A stretch of 64,000 nt of DNA from Octopus sinensis (taxonomy: Eukaryota), in the NCBI RefSeq assembly GCF_006345805.1, contig NC_043024.1:9610001-9674000 (forward strand), given 5' to 3'. Positions 46,727 to 58,786 of the stretch are shown in pieces. The first letter of the stretch is position 1; the number at the start of each line of letters is the position of its first letter. The notes beneath the pieces were generated by a model. It did not search any database. It had not been told where the DNA came from and saw only the letters and a list, made by a program, of their open reading frames with translations. The translations under genes were made by a program, and so were the position numbers.

Positions 46727-48459
46727 GTTTAATCTAGCTGCAACGAGAAAAGACAAAGGAAATATATTAAACAAGGGTTTCGTTTTGAAGATTCTTTTTA
46801 TTTTTTTCTTGTTTTTTTTTTTTATATATTTAAGTAAAAGCATTCAGCTTCCACATTTAGTGGGACAGTGATGGAGCTGTGTCAAGATATTCAAGTATCA
46901 AACTCCAATCGAAAGAGAAACAAAATATAAAACTTCTTAACTGATCAGCCACAAAGGGGCCAATACAGGATCGCTTATCTGCTAGAAATAGTTACCAAAT
47001 CCCTCCCCCCTGTTGCATATATACATGCGTGTGGGAGTCCCACTACTTGACAACTGATGTTTGTTTACATCCCTGTAACTTAGCAGTTCAGCAAAATGGA
47101 GACTAACTGAATAAGTATTGGACTTGAAAAATAAAGAGTATTGTTTTGATCAGATAAAAACCTTTTTAAATGCCCCAGCATGGCCATAGTCCAATGGCTT
47201 TGACTAAAAAAAGAACAAGGAATGGTGTTTTTTTCTGTTGTGAAGGCATGGCTGAGTGTTTGAAAAAACCTGGTTTGCAACAGTGGGGGTTTCAGGTTCA
47301 GTCCTACTGCATGGCACCTTGGGCAAGTCCTACAATAGCCCAGAGCCAACCAATGCTCTGTGAGGCATTTAGCTGATGGAAACTGTGTGGAAGCATGCCA
47401 CATAATATACACACACACACAAATATATATATATACGCAGATACATATATATGTATATTGTATATATATGTACTTACACACACGTATATATACATACACA
47501 CAAATACACATATATACATACATATATATATACATATATATATATATATACATACACACAAACACACATACATATATATATATATATGGTGGTACCTTGG
47601 GCAAGTGTCTTCTGCTATAGCCCCGGGCCGACCAAAGCCTTGTGAGTGGATTTGGTAGACAGAAACTGAAGGAAGCCTGTCGTGTATATGTATATGTGTG
47701 TGTGTGTGTGTGTGTATATGTTTGTGTGTCTGTGTTTGTCCCCCCAACATCGCTTGATAACCGATGCTAGTGTGTTCATGTCCCCGTAACTTAGCGGTTC
47801 GGCAAAAAGAGACCGATAGAATAAGTACTAGGCTTACAAAGAATAAGTCCTGGGGGATCGATTTGCTCGACTAAAAGGTGGTGCTCCAGCATGGCCGCAG
47901 TCAAATGACTGAAACAAGTAAAAGAGAGTAAAGAAAGAAAAAGCACAAGGTGGGGGGTGGCGTCAATTTGCCCTGATTAAAACCCCTTCAAAGTGGTGCC
48001 CCAGCATGACCACAGTTCCTGTGAGCGTAACCAAGCGACAGATTGACTGAGGGTAAAAAAAGTTCAATGCTCTAAAAACCAATTTAATAATAAATAATGA
48101 GAAGGAGTTTGTTTATTTACTAAAAAAAACCCCACCCTGAATTCTTGATCACCAGATTAAAAAAAAAAAAACTAATTAAAACCGATCAGGGCAATGACAT
48201 TTTATATTGAAATACAGTAACGAAGGGTTACTGACACACATAAATACGGCAACAGCAGCATCAACAGCAACAAGATATTCTTGGCTTTAGAAAGTTTATT
48301 TAATAGTCGACATCAGCAAAAGAATGAAAAGGAAGGCAGTAAGGAAGGAAGAAAGGAGAATTAGAAACCAGGTCACCAAACTATTGTACATTCTTAGCAC
48401 ATTTGCTCACACACTCACATACACGCACACATGCTGTGCACATATAGATATAGGTATGT

Positions 48460-48464
48460 ACATA

Positions 48465-48525
<61 letters not shown>

Positions 48526-48684
48526 GATAGATAGATAGATATGCATGTGTATATATATATATATATATGTGTGAGTGTGTGTGTGTATGTAAATATATAT
48601 GTATGTGTATATGTAAGTGTATATATAAATATGTATGTGTATAAATATATATTTATGTGTGTATATAAATATGTATGTGTGTAA

Positions 48685-48717
<33 letters not shown>

Positions 48718-48857
48718 TATGTGTGAGTAAATATATATGTATGTGTGTATATATATGTGTAAATATATATGCATGTGAGTTTATATATGTGTGTGTGTAT
48801 ATATATATATATGATGTATGTACATATCTATATATGATGTAGGTATATGTGTGTGTG

Positions 48858-48891
<34 letters not shown>

Positions 48892-49000
48892 AATACACAG
48901 ACACACTGCATATACACACACATATATCTATAGACATACTGCATACACACATATATTATATATATATCTATATATATATATACACACACACACACTCATA
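48460..49000. repeat. Compound (TA)/(TG)/(CA) microsatellite field
   Basis: Directly visible. Confidence 0.95.
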
Positions 49001-49655
49001 TCTGCAAGGCCATGTAATTCAATAGCTACCTCCTCCCCATCCCACACCACCATTATCCACTATACAACAGATATCAGTTGAAATGTAGAACACTAGCACC
49101 ACCAACACCAGCTGAAAACGCTCTACCAGATGTCGCCACGCCACGGCAGCAGCAACAGCAGCCAAAGTATTTAAAGGCAGCAAAAGTTTTACAAAGAGAG
49201 AGGCAACCACCACCACCACCGCCACCACAGGCCACTATACGCTAGCAAACCCATGTGTCAGCAGCCATCCTGAATATTATCAAGTGCACACAGAGAAGAA
49301 AGCAACTCGTTCCTTTTAGCAAACTTTGGCACAGATTTCATGGTTTCACCCCCTCCAATCTCGCTCTCCCTCTCAGAGTACAATTCTTCCTGTACCGTAC
49401 GTACTCCCCTTCCTCCCCTCCAACCGCATCACTTCTTTTCCTCATCCAAAAGTAAGTAACCCAACCTCTGCATCGTTACAAAGCCGATACATTTAAAGTG
49501 CTTTATACTAAAATTTACATTGGCGCCGAACCACAATCTATGAGTAACACACACTCTAACCCCTTTTTTTTGCTATCAACTGGCTAAGAGGGGAAGGGAA
49601 AATGGAAAGTACACCTGCCCTTCTTCAGGGTACCCTTTCAAAAGAAAAAAAAAAG

Positions 49656-50027
49656 GATCTTTTCGGTTTGAACGGCAGTTTTTTAACATAATTTCTAGCT
49701 AACTAAACACTTTTAAACTTCGTATACTGGTAGAATGTGTTTATAAAACATCTTTTTCACTTGGCTTTATTGAGAAAATTCTATAGTTTGTAAGATATTT
49801 GCTGTTTTTTCTTCTTCCATTTCTGCAATTTCAACCAATCACTGACATCTATTGAGGTAAATAAAAACATTCTGTGCCGTATGAATATGTGCCTCATTTA
49901 AGAAACAGATTGGATTTATTTACATTTGTGAAGAAAAAAAAATACCCTTCCCCCCACCCCTAACCATAAAATTTTTTAGTTACCTAGAAATTATGTTAAA
50001 AACTGCCATTCAAACCGAAAAGATCCC
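49656..50027. mobile_element. Intact unclassified TIR element
   Basis: ~45-bp TIRs GGATCTTTTCGGTTTGAACGGCAGTTTTTTAACATAATTTCTAG and their near-perfect inverse. Confidence 0.85.
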
Positions 50028-50631
50028 AAGGCTGTGTGGTAAGAAGCTTGCTTACCAACCACATGGTTCTGGGTTCAGTTTCACAATATGGCACCTTGGG
50101 CAAGTGCCCTCTGCTATAGCCTCGGGCCGACCAAAGCCTTGGGAGTGGATTTGGTAGACAGAAAATCAAATCAAGATCAAAATGGAAAATGTTGTTGGGA
50201 CCAATGTCAGTGCCACCTGACTGGCACCTGTGCTGGTGGCACATAATAAGCACCATCAGAACATAGCCAATGCCAGTACCGCCTGACTGGACCCCAGGCT
50301 GCTGGCACGTAAAAAGCACCCACTACATTCTTGGAGTGGTTGGTGTTAGGAAGGGCATCCAGCTGTAGAAACCTTGCCCCAACAGATTGGGGCCTGGTGC
50401 AGTGTACTGACTTGCCAGTCCCCAGTTAAAACGTCCAACGCAAGCCAGCATGGAAAACGGATGTTAAATGATGGTGATGATATATATAATAAATATATAT
50501 ATATATATATAAAAGAATATGTGTCTGTGATCACTCACAACCACCAGCACCACTTGACAACCAGTGTTGGTGTATTTACAACCCCTTAGCAGTTCAGCAA
50601 AAGAAATTGATAGAATAAGTACCAGGGTAAA

Positions 50632-51068
50632 AGACAGACGAATACCTATTTCTTTACTGCCCACAAGGGGCTAAACACAGAGAGGACAAACAAGGACAGA
50701 CAAATGGATTAAGTCGATTACATCGACCCCAGTGCGTAACTGGTACTTAATTTATCGGCCCCGAAAGGATGAAAAGCAAAGTCGACCTCGGTGGAATTTG
50801 AACTCAGAACGTAGCGGCAGACGAAATACCTATTTCTATTTCTTTACTACCCACAAGGGGCTAAACACAGAGAGGACAAACAAGGACAGACAAACGGACT
50901 AAGTCGATTTCATCGACCCCAGTGCGTAACTGGTACTTAATTTATCGGCCCTGAAAGGATGAAAGGCAAAGATGACCTCAGCGGAGTTTGAACTCAGAAC
51001 GTAGTGGCAGACGAAATACTGCTAAGCATTTCGCCCGGCGTACTAACGTCTCTGCTAACGTCACTGCC
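50632..51068 (-). mobile_element. SINE B tandem dimer
   Basis: Head at ~51068; units are joined at AAAGAAATA|GGTATTTCGTC. Confidence 0.85.
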
Positions 51069-51668
51069 TTATGCAGATATTAAAACCATCAGAAGTCTAG
51101 TGCAGTCTTCTACCTGGCCAGCTCCTATCAAACTGTCCAACTCATGCCAGCATGGAAGGCGGACATTAAACGGTGACGATGATGAAGATGATATAACCAG
51201 CGGTCCTCAAAGTGTACTGCAACTGATCTTGATGCAGCACAACGGACAGAAGTGCACAGGGAGAGGTCTAAGTGCACTGCAAAGGGACACACAAGTGCAC
51301 CATGGATATAAAAAAAAAACATACCAGGTTTCAGAAAACCCACACAAGTGCGTGAGTTTCTTGGGAAGTATTTGGGTTGAGGATTAGCAGAATCATTTGA
51401 GCATCAGACAAAATTTACCTGTGATGTTTTTTTGGGGGCCTTTTGTGTTCTGGGTTCAAACCTGGCCAAGGTCTCTTTACATTTCATCCTTCAGGGACAA
51501 TAAATACAGTACCAGTGTGGAGCAGTGGACTGACAGAACTGTTAGGGCCTCGTTTGCGATACCCTGGAGTATCTGGTATCTGTTCCGAGTAATCACATGG
51601 AATAACTCCATGTCCCCGAAGTATGCTTTTCGTCCTTCTGGGGTCAATAAAACGAAGTGTACACATAC

Positions 51669-51851
51669 ATAAAATGGGGTTCAGCAGAGTTTTCGTTCAC
51701 TGACCCCCGTTTGTGAGGCATTTGGAAACCTGGGGTTACAGCAGAAGACATGTCTGGTACAAGCTGCTGTGGGGTGGATTTGAACCCTGTTTGTGTGTGT
51801 TTGAGAGAGAGAGAGAGGTTTGAAAGAGAGTCTTCATTTGTTGTGATTGTT
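51669..51851 (-). other. Candidate upstream INSIG exon (5' UTR, uORF or N-terminal extension)
   Basis: Strong acceptor ctttttatcttttcaatag and donor AT|gtatgt; unique sequence; contains ATGs. Confidence 0.5.
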
Positions 51852-51859
51852 CTATTGAA

Positions 51860-52750
51860 AAGATAAAAAGAAAGATGAAGATGAAGGAGAAAAGAACAAA
51901 TAGAAGAGGAAGGAAAAACAAGAACATGCAAATAAGATGAAGAGGAAGAAGGGGAAAAAGAGGAAGACGATGAAGAGGATGAAAAAGAGAAAGAGGGAGA
52001 GGAATGAATGAATGAAGGGGAAAGAGAAGAGAAGGATGAGAAAGGGAAGGAAAAGAAAAAGAAATATGAAGAGAAAGAGGGAAAGAAAAAGGAAGATGAC
52101 AAAGAGGATGAAAAAGAGAAAGAGGGAGAAGAAGAAATGAAAGAAAAAGGGGAGAAAAGGAAGACAACGAAGAGGAAGAAAAAGAGGGAGGAGAAAGAAG
52201 AGGAAAGAGGGAGAAGAAGAATGAGAAAGGGAAGGAAAAGAAAAAGAAATATTAAGGGAAAGAGGGAAAAGAAAAAGATGTCAAAGAGAAAGAGGGAGAA
52301 GAAGAAATGTAGGACAAAGAGGAAAAAGGGGAAAAAAGGAAGACAATGAAGAGGATGAAAAAGAGGGAGAAGAAGAAAGAATGAAGAGAAAAAAAAAGAA
52401 GAATGAAAAAGGGAAGGAAAAGAAAAAGAAATATGAAGAGAATGGGGGAGAAGAATGAAGAGGAAAGAGGAGAAAGAAAAAGGGAGATGACAAAGAGAAT
52501 GGAAAAGAGAAAGAAGGAGAAGAATGAATGAAAGACAAAGATGAAAGAGAAAGGGAACAGAAGAGGGAGGAAAACAGAAAGAAAGGTGAAGAGAGAAGAA
52601 AAAGAAGATGAAGAAGGTGGAAAAAGAGAAAGACAGAGAAGAAAAACGAAGAGGAAGGAAAAATAAGAAAATGCAAAGAGAAAAGAGAGAGAGAAAAAAG
52701 GACGAAGAGGATGAAGAAAGCAAAGAGGAGGAGGAGGAGAAGACGGGGAG
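51860..52750. repeat. ~900-bp polypurine/polypyrimidine (GA-rich) low-complexity tract
   Basis: Almost only G and A on the + strand, with imperfect internal repeats. Confidence 0.95.
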
Positions 52751-52767
52751 GCGATCAATAAAACTAT

Positions 52768-52777
52768 ATCACGCCAC
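52768..52777. promoter_or_regulatory. SRE-like motif ATCACGCCAC upstream of INSIG
   Basis: Fits the SREBP consensus ATCACNCCAC; a GC-box-like GGGGAGGCG lies at 52745-52753. Confidence 0.35.
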
Positions 52778-53240
52778 CCGAAATATATCCTCGGCAGAGA
52801 TTATGAACACAAAACGAGGGGATTAAAGCTGCACTAATTAAGAAGAGTTAAGAAACACACCACCTCGACAAAGTTTAATCCCTCTCACATACCAACCATT
52901 ATTATTATTATTATTGTTATTATTGTTTTTATGTTCTAAGTTCAAATACGACCGAGGTCAGTTTTGTTGTTTATTCTTTCAGGGTCAATCAAATACAGAA
53001 ACAGTTGGGCACAGGGATCGATGTTAATCCGACTTGACCCCTTCCCTTAGAAATTGCTGGCCCTGTGCAAAGTTTAGAAAGGATTGTGACTTTGCCTTTC
53101 GTACGTCGATAAAATAAGTACCAGTTGCATAATGGGGGAATCAATGTAATCGACTTTCGCTTCCCCCGAAATTGCTGGCCCTGTGCAAAATTTAGAAAGG
53201 ATTGTAACTTTGCCTTGTGTAGGTTGATAAAATAAGTACC

Positions 53241-53900
53241 TATTTCTTTACTACCCACAAGGGGCTTAACACAGAGGGGACAAACAAGGACAGACAAACG
53301 GATTAAGCCGATTATATCGACTTCAGTGCATAACTGGTACATATTTAACCAACCCCAAAAGGATGAAAAGCAAAGTTGACCTCGGTGGAATTTGAACTCA
53401 GAACGTAGCGGCAGGCGAAATACCTATTTCTTTACTACCCACAAGGGGACAGACAAACGGATTAAGTCGATTATATCGACCCCAGTGCGTAACTGGTACT
53501 TAATTTATCGACCCCAAAAGGATGAAAGGCAAAGTTGACCTTGGTGGAATTTGAACTCAGAATGTAACGGCAGACGAAATACCTATTTCTTTACTACCCA
53601 CAAGGGGACAGACAAACGGATTAAGTCGATTATATCGACCCCAGTGCGTAACTGGTACTTAATTTATCGACCCCAAAAGGATGAAAGGCAAAGTTGACCT
53701 TGGTGGAATTTGAACTCAGAATGTAACGGCAGACGAAATACCTATTTCTTTACTACCCACAAGGGGACAGACAAACGGATTAAGTCGATTATATCGATCC
53801 CAGTGCGTAACTGGTACTTAATTTATCGACCCCGAAAGGATGAAAGGCAAAGTTGACCTTGGTGGAATTTGAACTCAGAATGTAACGGCAGACGAAATAC
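53241..53900 (-). mobile_element. SINE B tandem tetramer
   Basis: ~160-185-bp units with identical junctions. Confidence 0.9.
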
Positions 53901-54251
53901 GGTGATCATTTTCGGTTAGGCATAATCTATAACAGCATTTCTCAACCATATCATTTCGGGTCCCCTGTTTCAATTGGACTCTCCAGCTGTATGAAAATTT
54001 CCTGACCCCTACCCTGTCAGAAAACAGCTTCTAAGCAACTGGTTGTTTTAATGACGGAAGAAAGAGGGAAATTCCATTAGAAAATGTTTTAATCGATTTT
54101 CTTGGTAAGTATGGGGGTTAGGAAAAATTACAAACTGCATTCCAATCTATGCATCTGTCTCCACATGTGTGCCATTTTTCACGCGAATCCACCCAGCCAT
54201 TTGGCTGTGAACCTCAAGACAAGAAAGAATACAATGATCGCCCATGTCCAA

Positions 54252-54829
54252 ATTATTTGGTTCAAATCAGAATCAAAATTGAACCAATCCTATGACTGGC
54301 ACCCGGCAGTTGCCAGGACCGCTGGACTGATTCCTGCGCAGGTGGCAAGTGAAGAAACACCATTTCGACCCTGTGCTTGAGGAGATCCATTGAGTCAAGT
54401 ACACCAACATCAAAATCAATGGAAACTGCAGTTGTGATCCCTGAGACGGTGGCACGTAAAAAGCACCATCTGAACGTGGCCAATGCCAGCGCCGCCTAGA
54501 CTGGCTTCCGTGCCGGTGGCATGTAAAAAGCATTATCTGAATTATGGCCGATGCCAGCGCCGCCTTGACTGACTTCCATGCCGGTGGCACGTAAAATGCA
54601 CCAATCCGATCATGGCCATTGCCAGCCTTGCCTGGTACCTGTGCCGGTGGCACGTAAAAAGCACCCACTACACTAACGGAGTGGTTGGCGTTAGGAAGGG
54701 CATCCAGCTGTAGAAACACTGCCAGATCTGACTGGAGCCTGGTGCAGCCTCCTGGTTTCCCAGATCCCCGGTCGAACCATCCAACCCATGCAGGCATGGA
54801 AAACGGACACTAAACGATGATGATGATGA
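54252..54829 (+). mobile_element. Long family C element flanked by a 142-bp direct duplication
   Basis: 54110-54251 is repeated at 54830-54971; the (GAT)n tail abuts the second copy. Confidence 0.85.
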
Positions 54830-56756
54830 TATGGGTGCTAGGAAAAAATACAACCCGCATGCCAATCTATGCACCCGTCTCTACATGTGTGCCATTTTTC
54901 ACGCGAATCCACCCAGCCGTTTGGCTGTGAACCTCAAGACAAGAAAGAATATAATGATCACCCATGTCCAACTTATATTCTAGATATGTATGTATATACA
55001 CACACAAGCACAGCACGTGTGTATAGCCACCAAGCCAACAAGTACTCTTCTATCAGACTGCTAGGTCAGCAAGAAATAGCAGCAAAATCTCTCTTTTTCT
55101 AAGATCCTTTCATTAAAAAAATGAGGAAGAACAGGTCAGTAAGTAGTATCAGATGTTCTCACGAAAAGTCAGGGTGATCAAAGCTGGACTGTCTTTGATC
55201 CAGTATACTTGTCTGACCAGTGTTCACCAGGTACTAAACAATAGAACACATCTCCTTGTACATATACATCGTCTACTTAGGCATACTAGTAAAGAGTATA
55301 CCTGTACACCTCACCTCATCTCCATACTTAATTACAACAGGTGGACAGGTGCAACAGTTGTTTGTAGTAGTCATCACCTTGTCAGGTGACACCAATTATT
55401 TCTATTGAATAATATTTACTAGCTGGGATATGTATATATGCCTGCATGTGAATGTGTGTGTGTGACACCTGAACTTGCTTTAAATAGCAGCTAAAACCAC
55501 AAATTAAATTATGGGTCAATTAGGGAGCATCCTTCCAGCATGTTGCTCAATCCCTATGTAATAGCTGCAACAGACCCTAGTCTGATTTGGTTTGGATTCC
55601 CTTCCTGACGCTAACCACTTTACAAACTGTGCCAGGTGCTTTCACATGGTACCACATGAATTTTTAGTTGAATAAATCAACTCTAGTACTTATGTGTCTT
55701 TAAGGCTGGCACTTGTTCTATCAGTCTCTTTTTGTCAAACTGCTAAGTTACAGGATGTAAACACACCAACACTGGTTGTCAAGTGGCGATGGGGTGGGGA
55801 GACAAACACAGACACACATATATGGAGGGTTTCTTTCAGTTTCCATCTACCAAATCCACTCACACGGCTTTGGTTGACCTGAAGCTATAGTAGAAGACAT
55901 TTGCCGAAGGTTCCACGAAGTGAGACTGAACCTGGAACCATGTGGTTGGGAAGTCAGCTTCTTACCACACAGCCACGCCTGCACCTTATATTTGATTTCT
56001 GCAGTAAAAGGGTTAGGGTTGAGTCTCCAATTCCTCATTCAATCAGTAACATTAAACACATCCTAAAATTTGACCAGTGAAATTAGGGAGCAAGCCTCCG
56101 GGTCACTACCCATGACCTTGGCATTTAAGATGAAAACTCGCAAAGGGCCCTCAGATGTCGATTTCAAATTTTGGCACAAGGCCAGCAATTTCGGGGGTTA
56201 GGGGTAAGTCAACTACATCGACCCCGGTACTCAACTGTTACCTATTTTATCAACCCCAAACGGATAAAAGGGAAAGCCGACCCCGGCAGAATTTGAACTC
56301 AAAACATAAAGACAGGCAAAATACTGCTAAGCATTTTTACCTGGCAATGCTGAGTCCGCCAGCTCACCACCTTCAAGGACCCCTCTAATGTTCACCTGAA
56401 GTTCCTACCTGTGAATTCCTTCATTTCATTTAACCCTTATGCATTCACATTATTTTGTCAAAAGTAATGCTCGTTTATTTACATTCTTTTAAATTAGTTC
56501 TGCATTATTTTGAAATTTTGATGAGGTTACTGTTAATTTCAAGAATGACGCTGTAGGGTTGGTGTGAGAGGCTGGATCTGGCTGCAGAATATTTTGGCCA
56601 GATATGGCCGGTTTAAATGCTGAAGGGTTAACTCCAAACACAAAGCTTATTTCTGGTACCTACTTGTTGTCTGGTCATGGGGAATATTACCTTAAATGGA
56701 ACTGGTAAGCGTTGGCAACAGGAAGGACATCCAGCCGGAGAAAATCTGTCTCAACA

Positions 56757-58786
56757 AATTTAGTCCGATAAGCAAGGAAAAGTGGACATTAATTTAGTCC
56801 GATAAGCAAGGAAAAGTGGACATTAATTTAGTCCGATAAGCAAGGAAAAGTGGACATTAATTTAGTCCGATAAGCAAGGAAAAGTGGACATTAATTTAGT
56901 CCGATAAGCAAGGAAAAGTGGACATTAATTTAGTCCGATAAGCAAGGAAAAGTGGACATTAATTTAGTCCGATAAGCAAGGAAAAGTGGACATTAATTTA
57001 GTCCGATAAGCAAGGAAAAGTGGACATTAATTTAGTCTGATAAGCAAGGAAAAGTGGACATTAATTTAGTCCGATAAGCAAGGAAAAGTGGACATTAATT
57101 TAGTCCAATAAGCAAGGAAAAGTGGACATTAATTTAGTCCGATAAGCAAGGAAAAGTGGACATTAATTTAGTCCAATAAGCAAGGAAAAGTGGACATAAT
57201 TTAGTCCGATAAGCAAGGAAAAGTGGACATTAATTAGTCCGATAAGCAAGGAAAAGTGGACATTAATTTAGTCCGATAAGCAAGGAAAAGTGGACATTAA
57301 TTTAGTCCGATAAGCAAGGAAAAGTGGACATTAATTTAGTCCGATAAGCAAGGAAAAGTGGACATTATTTAGTCTGATAAGCAAGGAAAGTGGACATTAA
57401 TTTAGTCCGATAAGCAAGGAAAAGTGGACATTAATTTAGTCCAATAAGCAAGGAAAAGTGGACATTAATTTAGTCCGATAAGCAAGGAAAAGTGGACATT
57501 AATTTAGTCCATAAGCAAGGAAAAGTGGACATTAATTTAGTCCGATAAGCAAGGAAAAGTGGACATTAATTTAGTCCGATAAGCAAGGAAAAGTGGACAT
57601 TAATTTAGTCCGATAAGCAAGAAAAGTGGACATTAATTTAGTCCGATAAGCAAGGAAAAGTGGACATTAATTTAGTCCGATAAGCAAGGAAAAGTGGACA
57701 TTAATTTAGTCCGATAAGCAAGGAAAAGTGGACATTAATTTAGTCCGATAAGCAAGGAAAAGTGGACATTAATTTAGTCCGATAAGCAAGGAAAAGTGGA
57801 CATTAATTTAGTCCGATAAGCAAGGAAAAGTGGACATTAATTTAGTCCGATAAGCAAGGAAAAGTGGACATTAATTTAGTCCATAAGCAAGGAAAAGTGG
57901 ACATAATTTAGTCCGATAAGCAAGGAAAAGTGGACATTAATTTAGTCCGATAAGCAAGGAAAAGTGGACATTAATTTAGTCCGATAAGCAAGGAAAAGTG
58001 GAAATTAATTTAGTCCGATAAGCAAGGAAAAGTGGAAATTAATTTAGTCTGATAAGCAAGGAAAAGTGGAAATTAATTTAGTCCGATAAGCAAGGAAAAG
58101 TGGACATTAATTTAGTCCGATAAGCAAGGAAAAGTGGACATTAATTTAGTCCGATAAGCAAGGAAAAGTGGAAATTAATTTAGTCTGATAAGCAAGGAAA
58201 AGTGGACATTAATTTAGTCCAATAAGCAAGGAAAAGTGGACATTAATTTAGTCCGATAAGCAAGGAAAAGTGGACATTAATTTAGTCCGATAAGCAAGGA
58301 AAAGTGGACATTAATTAGTCCGATAAGCAAGGAAAAGTGGAATTAATTTAGTCCGATAAGCAAGGAAAAGTGGACATTAATTTAGTCTGATAAGCAAGGA
58401 AAAGTGGAAATTAATTTAGTCCGATAAGCAAGGAAAAGTGGACATTAATTTAGTCCGATAAGCAAGGAAAAGTGGACATTAATTTAGTCCGATAAGCAAG
58501 GAAAAGTGGAAATTAATTTAGTCTGATAAGCAAGGAAAAGTGGACATTAATTTAGTCCAATAAGCAAGGAAAAGTGGACATTAATTTAGTCCGATAAGCA
58601 AGGAAAAGTGGACATTAATTTAGTCCGATAAGCAAGGAAAAGTGGACATTAATTTAGTCCGATAAGCAAGGAAAAGTGGACATTAATTTAGTCCGATAAG
58701 CAAGGAAAAGTGGAAATTAATTTAGTCTGATAAGCAAGGAAAAGTGGACATTAATTTAGTCCAATAAGCAAGGAAAAGTGGACATT
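56757..58786 (+). repeat. 34-bp satellite AATTTAGTCCGATAAGCAAGGAAAAGTGGACATT, ~60 copies
   Basis: Directly visible. Preceded by a SINE body (GGAAGGACATCCAGCCG) and followed by (GAT)n. Confidence 0.98.

Noticed and set aside
51644-52826. F/S/L-rich and E/K/R-rich ORFs up to 359 aa
   Set aside because: Low-complexity GA tract.
54440-54670. CRISPR-like repeat-spacer pattern (GTGGCACGTAAAAAGCACC plus variable spacers)
   Set aside because: The spacers are diverged versions of each other and recur in all family C copies.
56757-58786. CRISPR array (34-bp repeats)
   Set aside because: Units are contiguous with no unique spacers, there are no cas genes, and the context is eukaryotic.
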